NCBI GenBank assembly: GCA_918797485.1
Contig: CAKKNE010000001.1
Coordinates: forward strand, 1,426,001 to 1,490,000
Source of the DNA: Pelagomonas calceolata
Taxonomy: Eukaryota
Direction of reading: 5' to 3'
DNA length: 64,000 nucleotides
The number at the start of each line of letters is the position of its first letter. Within the stretch, counting starts at the first letter, position 1. Position numbers and translations under genes: made by a program. Under the pieces are notes generated by a model, which had not been told where the DNA came from, ran no database searches, and saw only the letters and a list, made by a program, of their open reading frames with translations. Shown here piece by piece: positions 45,685 through 56,700 of this stretch.

Positions 45685-46152
45685 GATTTTGTGAGCGCGA
45701 ACGGCGGCCTCCGGAAGCCGTGCGGCTGCGCTTCCTCTAAGCTCGGGGACCTCGGGGGCCGATTTTCTGTGAGCGACGCTGTCTAGACTGACTGGCGTGT
45801 CGCTCGGCGGGCCCGCGGCTGGTCTGGGGGCCTAGCGGCTGCGTGCTGTTCCCCAGCGGTGCTCTCCGCGTTCGAAGGCTATCTGAGCAGCCGGAGCGCT
45901 TTTTCGTGGCGCTCTTCGCGCAGGGGCACAGAAGAGCAGCAGAGCTCACCACACCAGCGACGAGCACGGCCCAGTCCTCGCTCCCTGCCGCGAATGGTCA
46001 CTTTCAGCGCGAGAGCCAGGTCTGTGTTTTTGCATGCGACGCTAGTATCTCGGCCTCGAAGCGGCCCCTTAGACCTCTCTAGGTGAAGCGGGGCGTCCCT
46101 GGAAGCCCTGGGAGGTTTCTTGGTTCAAATACCTACTAGAAAAAATAATCGC

Positions 46153-46175
46153 GCTAGCGGTCTGTAAGGCACTAG
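46153..46175. promoter_or_regulatory. CTAG-N-CTAG motif
   Basis: gctagcggtctgtaaggcactag. Confidence 0.55.
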
Positions 46176-46589
46176 TAAAATACCCGCTGCTAATTGGTAA
46201 AACGACCGATTCCCTAGGCGTCGCCGATGCCCGCGAGGCACGCGAGCACGTGCGCGATCGACTTTGACCTGCCGCCTCGAATCTTGGCGCGACGCGCACG
46301 AGTCGCGGCGATGGTGCATTTGTATCAGGAAGGAACTTACGAGGGGGGAGAGGTAGGGGGAGGGGAGGGATGTCTGACGCCCGGCGGATAGCACACCCCG
46401 TCGGCACTATGCTATCTTGCCCATTGAACAGGCCCCTGCCTTGCGCGGTCGATCGCAGGCAGCGCCGCAATGCCGGGTGGAGCTCCTTGTGCACGCTGGG
46501 GGGGCGACGCTCACGGTACGTCACCGCGTGCGCTCGGCGCCCGACGGGAGGGGAGTGGGGAGGGGGGCGGGAAACGGAAGATGACGAGC

Positions 46590-47141
46590 TCAGACCAACG
46601 TCTCGCGCTTGAGCTTCTTGTTCTCGGCTTTGAGGGCTTTGAGCTCGGCGCGGAGGGCGTCCACGGCACTCATGCCGGTGGCCTTGCGCTTCTTGGGCGC
46701 GGCCTCGGACGCCTGCTTCGACATCTCGTCCTCGCAGACCTCCTTGACGGCCGCCTTCTTCTCGTCGAGCGCGCCTTCGGGCGCGCCGAGCGCCGACTCC
46801 GCCGTGCGGCGGACCTTCTTCTGCGTGGCTTTGCCGTCGAGCTGGGCGATGGTCTTCGAGCGCCGCGCGGCGCTCTGCGACGTCGATGGCGCCTTGCGCT
46901 TGCTGCTCTTCTTCGGCACGAGCACGCCGAGCTCCGACGCCTGGAGCACCTTGACGCATCGGCGCCGCGCCGCGACGAGCTTCGCGCTCGGCTGGTGCTT
47001 CGCGGGCAGCTCGCCGTGGATGACTAGCGTCGTTCTGGACGTCATGGTGTCGCTCGTGGAGGCGACGCCGCGCTCGGATCTCAGGTACTCGCAGACCGCG
47101 GCCTTGTCGGCGAAGCCTTCGACGTGGCCGGTAATGACCAC
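46590..47141 (-). pseudogene. BRCT-domain exon with no obvious in-frame first exon
   Basis: VVITG...TMTSRTTLVIHGE...SAKLVAARRRCVKVL is RFC1/ligase-type BRCT. It begins at an introner-type acceptor. Confidence 0.6.
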
Positions 47142-47202
47142 CTGTGTGGAAATCAACCAGTGAGGTAGGTCACGGGGACAACGTCGCGTCGATGGCGTAG
47201 AC
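47142..47202. mobile_element. One-ended introner remnant
   Basis: ctgtgtggaaatcaaccagtg followed by the core gtcgcgtcgatggcgt; no second TIR or TSD found. Confidence 0.75.
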
Positions 47203-47703
47203 TCTTCACGCCATCGCGCAGACGCAGCTAGAGCGTTTCCGCTGTTTCTCGGCGTCAGCGGGCAGTCAGCCAGGCGTTGCGTTAGGTCTACTCACGACGT
47301 GTAAGGTCGACGCCGGGGGTCGAGCGGGCCGAGCTGAGCCCGCTGAAACGGCCGCGCGCGCGCAACGGGCCTCCTATTGGGGGTAGGTGCACTTTGCTCT
47401 TGTTTCAAGGCTTTTGGCGCCTAGATCGTTTCGTGGCTTGGCGAGTGGGTGGACTACGTTACGAAGCGTCTCTACGCGCGCTCACGCGTTACACGGTCGC
47501 CTCGGGGCCTCGGTTAGACGGCTTCTTCTCTGTCTAGGTGCCGTCAAAATGCCCGAGAGCTCCAGGCGCCGAGGCCAGGGAGATCCCGCGACAAGCCATA
47601 CAGGGCGTCCCAGAGACCTCCGGAACCCCCAGATCAACATCCGACGGCCGTTCGCGTTTTTCACCGGAGGCGCGGGCCGCGCGGCGCGAGACAACACGAG
47701 TGG

Positions 47704-47755
47704 TAACATATCCCGCCGACGGGATATGTTATACGGCAGTCGACGGGATATGTTA
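47704..47755. repeat. Perfect 12-bp hairpin plus a third direct copy
   Basis: taacatatcccg-ccga-cgggatatgtta, then cgggatatgtta again at 47744-47755. Confidence 0.9.
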
Positions 47756-47787
47756 GTGGAAAAGGGCAAATTAACAAAGAACCCAAA

Positions 47788-50700
47788 TTAAGAAGCCCCC
47801 GACGACTGCCTCGTAATAACACCCGACTCCTGCGCGTCCGTGACACCACTTCCGGTCTCCGAATCCCGAGGCGGCGGCGGCGGCGGAACCGTGCGCGGCA
47901 CGCCGTGGTCCGGGTCGGCGTCCGCCGCGACCCACTGGGGCTTGTCCGCGTCCTCGACGTGCTCTTCGGTCGTCCAGACTTCTAGTGATGGGCGCGCTGC
48001 CCTTAGTTCAGACAAGGGGTCAGACGTAAAGCCCGCACAGTCCACGCAGACCAAGCGCTTCAAATGGGGCCCGTGGAACTGGATCACTTTCAGGACCGCA
48101 TCGGTGAGTCCGGAACAGCCCGACACATCTAATCTAGTGAGCCCGGCCAATTCCACAACAAGAACCTCAAGAGCCGCATCGGACAACCGCACGCTCTTCG
48201 AGAAATCTAACGCTTCTAACCAAAGAGCATCCGCCATGAGACACGCCGACGCGTCCGTCAGTCGCCGGCAGTTGCCCACGCTTAGGTGTTTCACGGCCGG
48301 ACAGTTGTCGCACAGCGCTTTGATGGCTCGATCCGTTAATCGCAGACAGAACGACACGTCGACCTCTTCGAGTGACGGGCAGGCCTTGCACAGTTCCGCA
48401 AATGCTCTATCTCCAATCGTCGAGCAGCGCGAAATGTCGAGGACTTGTAAGAATTGGCCTCTTTGCTGCTTGAACTCCGGTTCCAGGCGTAGATAACTTA
48501 AACCGGCGTCCGTGAGTTGGGCCACACCCCTACAGTGGAGCTTTTCCAAATGTTGTGCTCTCGCGGAAAGGCCGGCGAAGGCCCGATCGGTCAATCGCGC
48601 GCACTCCCCCAGCCTGATCTCGCGCAGCTCGCCGAGCCTGCGTGTTTACGATGAGCGGCGATGGCGTGCGGGCGGGGTGGAGGTACGCTCGAAGCGCGCG
48701 AGCGGCACATCTACGCAAGACGCACGACCGAGAAGGAACAAACGACGCCACGCCATCGAGCAGGCGTCGCGGCGACGGCGTGGGGGTCGACGCGACGATT
48801 CAGAAGGAACAACCGACGGACGCCGCGTACACACATCTGCTGCCGCGCCGCCGCCCGGCCATCCTTCTTACTATCGAAGAAGAAAATTGAATCAGTGATG
48901 AGATGCAGATCCTCGAGACACAACGTCCGTAGGCGCCACAGGTTATGGGTCACGCGCAACGCCGCCGCGTCGGTCACGCGGTGCAAGCCGCTCAAGTTCA
49001 AATACTCGAGAGCCGCACACCTCTCCGCCACCGCAGACACGCCGTCATCACTCAAAGAAGCACAGAAGGACACGTCTAAACTCCTAAGTTTCGACTGGGC
49101 GCAGGTCGTGGCCAAGGCGTACACCCCCGCGTCCGTCACATCAGTACAGAACGCGCAGTGGAAGAGTTCGAGCTGTTTCAGCGCTTTTGCTACTACGATG
49201 AGTGTCTCGTTGTTGACGCCGCCGCAATACGATAAGTTCAGCGCTTTGAGATGTTTGCAGCCTCTTGCCAAAGGCCCAAAGCCTGCATTGGTAAGTTTGC
49301 CACAGCCTTGCGCCGCCACGAGCGTCGCGTGCTTGGCGCCTCGTCCCAAGTGGATGAATGCTTCGTCCGTCAACTGCACGCACCCATCCAGCGTTATGGA
49401 TTGCAAAGATGTATTATGCCTTGCTGCAAACATGCAACACAAATCAGTAACCTCCCCACAAGCTGTGAGATCTAACGATATGGCCAGTCTCCTCGCATTT
49501 AGGACGAGTCGAACATCGTCGTCGCCCACGCGACACGTCCCTCCGTCGTGCTTGCCCAGCGTGATCAACCGGTTGTCCTCGTCTTCTTCTGCATCGCGTA
49601 CTAATTTGCACAGCGCTTCGTCGTTGCGTAATGCGCGGGCCCAGGACAGGTCCACGCCGCCGTAGATCTCGGCGAGATTCAAGTCCGCTAGTACGAGTCG
49701 ATAGCACCTGGCCGCCGCTCTCGCTAGTCTCGGGTGCGCGTTCGCACTGCCTAGTCCAAATCTTTTCGGGACTAGTGCTAAATCCTTGAGAGGTAAAGCC
49801 ATCTGCGATTGATGTCCGAGATCATGAGTGGCGAAGTAGTCCGGCCTCACTCGTAATAGAGCATCTAGCGCGTCGACGCACCTAAAGGCGTGCGCCGGCC
49901 CCTCCGGTAGTCTTCGAATCACGGCTCCCAGCGTCTCGGCGGCATTCAAGCCTTCCAACTTCCGGATCGCCTGATCTAGTAAAGCGGCAGCTCTTCTATG
50001 AGCAGGACCGGCGATCGGCACTGCACTTGTACCAGCACCGGGCGGCAGCGACCGATGATCGGACGCATCAATGCACGCCAGATGGTCGCACAGACACAAA
50101 GCGTGCTGCTCCCGCACGCGAAAGTCGTCGGGCTCGTGCTGCGCCGCTTTTTCGAAGTGCTCGGCGGCCAGCGCGAACAACCGCGCCGCATCCCTAGAAT
50201 GCGAGACGCCCCGCTCCGCACCACCTTGTCTGCCCATTCTAACATGGACCGCGATGTCGTCCGCACTTAGTAACTTGTCGTAGACCGCGACGTGGGCCAG
50301 ACATCCGTGCCAGAAGTGCCGACCTTGCCTCGCCCGGCCCGACGCCATCGACGCGCCGATCACCGCAGGTCTTCTACTTCTCTCAAGCGCCGCGTCCAGC
50401 TCCTTCCGCCGCCGGTCCTCGACGTCGTCGCGCAGTCTCTGAAATTCCGCCGCACATTTTTGGACATTTTCCTGTGTGGGAACGACGCCGTCACGAAACT
50501 ACTCTCACGAGACGCGTAGACTCTCATGCGGCCGCATCGACGGCGTCGAGGCGGTGCGGTCTCATGAAGACGCCATCGCCGCGACCACGTCAGGTTGAAG
50601 CTCATTTCATGCTCTGAGTCAGCACCATGTACAATTCTTGTCTATAAGCGGCGCGAGCCTTCAACAACGCCTCCTGCTTGCCGAGTCGCTGCAGGCCCTG

Positions 50701-53700
50701 CTCCTTGGCGTTGGCCGTCATTTTATATTTAAACTCCGACTGCTCCACTAATTTGATCGCGGCCTGCTTGATGCGCTGCATGCCTGCGTGGGATACGTAT
50801 CAGACGCCATCGACGCGACGTTCAAGTTGAGAAATTGACGCGGAGTCACGGACCCTCGCTCGTCTGCATGTACACCTTGGCCTGCTTGTCCGTCTGCTTC
50901 TTGCACAAGGCGCGCGCAGCATCTTCATCTTTTTGAATTTGCTCTAACTCTTCTTTACGGCCTTGATTCGCGTCCTCGTTCTGCGCGAGGACCTCGGGGG
51001 CCACTTCCATGCGTGCCGTTGGTCGCCCATTGACAAACAACCGCATCATCGTGCCGTCATACGTGCCTACCACATGTTGCCACTCGTTCACACGACTTTT
51101 CGGGCCCTTCAACACGACCTCGGCACTGCCGCAAAAGAGCGTGAAGCACCACTCGTGCGTGTTCATGACGGCTAGGGCGCCGCGGCCCGTCATACATGCT
51201 ATCCTGTAGGAACCCTCGTCCTCAGCTAACAACGCCCATAGTTCGAGGCAGAAGCTTTGTGACGGTTTTTGCGGCGAGATTCTAGAGCAGTATGAAGACA
51301 CTATGTGCCCACATTCGCTGGGTTCGAAGCGACAGCACTTCGGGCCCTCGACCGGGCGTCTTATCACATCTGCTTGTGCATCAGCGGCTTCGAGGAACGG
51401 GACACCGCAATACACTCCTTTGGCAAAATAGCCGTCCAACGAACCGCCCACATCACCTCGGTTCCTAGCTAAGTGGGCTCCCGGCCGCTCGTCCAGAGGT
51501 AAGTAGAGAGGCGGCTTATGTCGCTTGATCAATTTGTTGTAGTCTCCTGTGCATTGTCGAGCCTTGTGTGCCAACAGTAAGCCTCGGGCCACGTCCAAAT
51601 GACAGATGCCATGCTTAATAACTGGCTGGCAGGCCGGCCTCGAACCAGAACAAGCGCCTAAACTACTGACAGATGTGTCCGACTTGTTCAAGTCGGCCGA
51701 GACAAATACAAAACCATCCGGTTGTGCGTCAAACGCTTCCAATGCTTTTGAGTTTATAGGTAAGCCACACAAGGCACTGACCCTTCTGATGAGGTAGGGT
51801 AATGTCGGTAACAACGTCGTCCGGACCGTACACGCCTCGACACTATCGATGGCTCTGTCACCATACGACTGGTTCACTCGAGGCACGATTTCCTCTTGCC
51901 AGATGACATCTGCCGTCGGATGCCCGCCCGTCAAAGCATTGAGCAGATCTATAGCAAAAGGTGACGCAATCGACGGCACGACGCAACCGTGCAAGCGCGC
52001 ACTTCGACGCATGTAGAACCGCAGTAGTAGTTTAGCTGCTCTGCAGACCATCTCGCACAACAACGCGATGCGCATCTCCTTGCTATTACGCGCGTCGCGC
52101 ACCTCGCCCGCGAAGACCACTTCGCTATTCGTACTTAACCCTTCGAAGGGCTCCTCGAGGGGGCACCTGTCTTCGCTGAACTCCTCTGTACTACTAACTC
52201 GAAAAACTCTACCAGCTACGAGTATGCGAGAACCTCGCTCGAGCTCGAGCCGGAAGTCCGACGACGTCCGCAAGACAGAACTCCCGAAGTCGCAGCGCGC
52301 CGTTCCTGTTAATCTACGCCAGAACTTTCTCCTCAGTAAACCCATGTGTCGCAGGTTAGTACCAACTCGATGGAGCTCCGCCGTCACGTCCAGGCCCCAG
52401 AGTCGCGAGGGACCTAGCCTCTGATCAGAATCATTATATCCAGAACCCATCTTTCTGGTGGAGACAGGTATCTCCAATGCAAACGGATCGGCGATGGGGT
52501 CGAAGGCCGGTACATCTCGGGAGCGTGGACCTAGCGGTCCGCGACTAGCTAGATCCTCGGCTAACAACGTGAGTTCATTTTCAACAAGGTGTTTTGTGGC
52601 ATCAATAACCCTAGAAACGTGGAGGTCGCCGTCCTCCGTCGCTGAACTAATAGCACAATCCCCGTCCGGAGATAACGGCTGTTGATACCTTTTGACGTAC
52701 TCCGGTCGTAGCATCCTCCAGAAGATCGAATGGCCCCTGGGAGCCACTGGTAGGTGTTCACTGCCAACGGGATTCTCGCTGGGAAGGCAGTTCCACAAGT
52801 TAACAAGGCCGAACCTATCTTCATCGAGTTTATAGGCTCTAAGGTCAACTGAAGCATGAATCGTCTTGGGATTCAGGTCTTTACTACCCTTGACGTTGTG
52901 TGCCGCGAGATTGAGTTTGCGAGCTATTCCCGCCAACAAGTTGTTGCACTCCCTAGAGTCGTTGTGGACTACCTCACCGCGGTCGTCGGTCCCGTGCACT
53001 AGTTCTCGTCGCTCCCTTCTTACCTCGCCACTATCCCCGTACTTGATTAAATTAGTGGGCAAAACAGCGGTGCAGATGACGCGGAAGCCGTGGTAGTCCA
53101 CGGTCGCACTGAGTGGAACTCGGAGCTTATCTGTTTCTAGAGCTTCTCGCAGATACGCTCTGCAACCGTTCCTCTCATGGCCGGCGGCCTTGGCCGCGTA
53201 CTCGTCCGAACCATTAAATATCCCATGTTCGTCGGTCGCTACTTCGTACCGCACCCCCCAGGCCTCATATTTATAAACTCGTGGGCCCCGGCCGCCCACT
53301 TCCGCCCTACAATCGGCGTCTTTTTCACTCACTACTGGAATTGTCTTCTCGGAGATGGGTAGGTGCCACTCATGTAACACTGTGGTGGCCCCTCGCACGC
53401 ACGCATCTAAAAAACCCTCACATACGGATATCAATTCCGTCAGTCGCAGCTCATCCAACTGGTTGAGGGGCTTCCGATTCGACTTGAGTCTAGAAGGTGC
53501 CGAGACGTCGTCTGCGTGTATTAAAGCAGTAAAGTACCTCTCGGTCCACTGCTCTCTGTCCTCTGGAAGTACTTCAACCCCAGGTTTCCTTCCTTTGATC
53601 AAGTTGTGGCACCGTTTCACGTCTCTTCTCCTTTTCAGCCAGTAGTTCCGCGTGAGTTTTGTTAATCTAATCTTCTTCTGTTCCTTCTCGAGGGCCTCTC

Positions 53701-56700
53701 GCGCGAGTTGTTCCTGCTCGTCGCACTTCTTGAGCGCTAGGTCGCATCTATTTAGTAAATCGTCGACGGTCGGGTCGATGAGTTGCAAGGGCGTCGTGCC
53801 TCGCTTCGCCGAGGCCATCGCCGCGCGCACCTTCCGATCGACGACGGTCCGAGCGTTCTCCGCGCCTTTCTCGGCCCGCTCGACGACTCGGCGCTGCAGC
53901 CACGCATCATGGCGCGCGTGCTGCTCCGTGACGACGGCGGTTAGCAGCCCGAATTCGAAGTCGGAGGCTAGTACCTTTCGCAAAGCTTCGGCCACGACAA
54001 GATCATCTTTCAACAATCTAAAGTGTTCTTTCAGCTCCGTCGTCAAGAATGGAGGGATCGGTCTCGTCGCCAGAACGGTCTCGACGTCCGGTATTTGTAG
54101 CCCCGGGAACGCCGGAGACAATCGAATGAGCGTAGCTTGCTTCCGTCGCGAGTAGCGGTGGCGCGGCGCCCCGAAGTGGCCGCCGAAGACGTGGGATTCC
54201 GCAGAACTTGTTCCTAAACAAGCGCCTTCTCCCTTCAGAGAAGTTTCGATGTACCCCAACAAGAGTCGCTTCGAGGGCAGCTCGAGGAGCATTTCTTCGG
54301 TCTTGAGCACGGAAAAGACGGGATTCACGGATCGTAAACGACGCATGAAGTCGTCCGGATCCGGGATGGGTGAGGCGTACTGCCTCCTCACTGCTCTTTC
54401 CTTGTCCGACTCGCCGGCCCCGTCTCCATGAAGTTCCGGCGGGAAGCAGCCGACGAGCATCTTTTCTATCCTACTTCTTGATCGGGCATTATACGCTTGG
54501 CGATACGCATCAGGATCCTGGCCATACACATCTAGATCGATGTCTACGACCAGCGATTTCTCGTCCCGTCGCGGCGTCTCGATGGGCTCGTCCTCGACCT
54601 CTTGGGTGGAGAAGGGGTTCGTCAGGATCGACGCGAAGGCCGTCATGGACTAGTGTAACGATCTCACGTCCTTCGGGGGTGGCGCCGCGGGGCCGTTCAG
54701 ATTCACACCAGTAGGTGCTAATCCTCTTTCTTGCTCCATCTCGTCGAAGCGGTCGCCGACCTGCTTCGCGACGGCGTCGCAGGCCTCCTCCATCATCAGG
54801 CGGACCGCGGCGTCCCGGTCCATGCTCATCCCCTCGGCTTTTTTACGAGTCTGAAAAATCCGGACCTTCGCGTCCCACGTGTGGCGCTTGACGCCCGTCA
54901 ACAATTCTTTATTGCGGAAGTCCTTCTCGACGCGTTCCTTGGCCGTCTGCGTCGCGACGCGCCGCGCCTGTTGGAACGCCTGGACCCGAGCCACGTGCTC
55001 CGATTTTTCGCGGTTCTTCTTGCCTCGCCAGATGTTCTGGAGCTTCGTCGCGGCGCGCTCGGCAATTTTGGATTCATGTACCGTCATGTTCGTGAGGTGA
55101 CCTGCGTGGCACGGACTCCGTCGCGACACCGCGGCGGCCCTCTGGCGGCCACGTCGACGGCGTCGAGGCATCGCGTGGACGCCAGCGTCTCCACCAGATC
55201 AAGTTCAAGTTCATTTTCGGCGCCGAGTCACTGGCCGTGCTCGAGGGGTATGACTGCGGATCGCTGTTTCTTTTTTACGGTTTTGAGGAAGCGGGAGTAG
55301 TCCGCCTTGCAGGGGTCATCTAAGCCGCGAGCAGTAGCTCTTTCGTGCAGCTGGAGCTTGAACTCGGACCCGAGCTCTTCTCTGACTTTGCTGGACTCGA
55401 ACGCGACCGTGTATTTCACATCGGCCGGCCTTAATAACCCAAGCTCGAAGAGTCTGACAGTAGGCATCTTCTGCCGCTGATAGGCACTCAACTCCCCAAA
55501 GGCGAACTGCACGCCGAACAACTTCGACAGGACGGTACTTGTTGCAACTGCATGGGCCATCCAATCAGTGGCTTCCGCTAAAGTCATCCGGCCAATGCCG
55601 CCGTTCCGTTCCGACTTGATTCTCTGTTCGGCTAGGGCGCGCTGTGTTACACTAAACAATTCTGAGTCGCCCGCGGGCCGTCGGAGGAACCCTAACCCAC
55701 CTAATAACCGAGAAGCGCACTTGAGCGCTGATAACAGTTCCTCAGGCCCTAAGAACCCATCACCGTCCCAGTCGAAGAGCCTCAAAAAGATCTGTAACCT
55801 CGTAATCAATCGATCACTACAGAGCATCAACAACCCTACAGCAACATCGACAGTCGCGCACTCCTTGTAGGGCGGGTCGTCCTGGCTCCTAGGATCCCAG
55901 GCCCTGTTATTGTCCGCCGCACCCAATGAAGCGAAGAGTGTCAGGATGTTGTCCTCCCTCCGACGTCTATGTACTGCTCGTTCCAGTAGCTTCTCGGCGT
56001 CATCGAGCCCCTCAAGAGCTTGTCGTAATGCACCTTCGCACTCGTGGATCCGCGTCTTCATGGCTTGGACGAACTCGGCTGCCGTCTCGGCGCGCTCTTC
56101 CTTGCTCTGTTCGCCGTACTGCGACCCGCCGCCCGGGAGCGGCGGCGCCTCGTTGCCCTCCTCGAGCTGCAGCTCCAGCTGTTCCTGGGCCTCCTCGAGC
56201 TCCGTGCAGGCTCTATCCAGATCCTGCTGCCTCTCTTTGAGGTCCTTGCCTGCGTGGGGACGACGCCGTCGCGACACGACCGCGGCTCCCTCGCGGGACG
56301 TGTGGACTCTCTCACGACCACCTCGACGGCGTCGAGGCGACGCGGCATCGCGTTGACGCCATCGACGCACGCCTAGACACTCTGACGGCCGCGTCACGGC
56401 GTCGAGGCGGTGTGGTCTCACGAAGACGCCATCGACGCGACCCCGGCAAGTTTCTGCGCTGAGCCACGCGAGCCTGCTTCTCGAGGCGTCTCCCACCTGG
56501 AGCGGTAAATTTCTCCGCGCCGTCGATCTGGTCCGCCTCGTTCTGCATGCGCTCGAGCTCCTGCGCTTCGTACGAATCGCGCACGGAGTTGGCTTTGTGG
56601 AGCGTGTCCGCCTCCAGCTCACAAGTGGCGGTAGCCGCTTCTTCATCAGCCTCGTACCGCGCATCGAGCTGCAGCCGCTCCGCCTCCGTGGCGCAGACCT

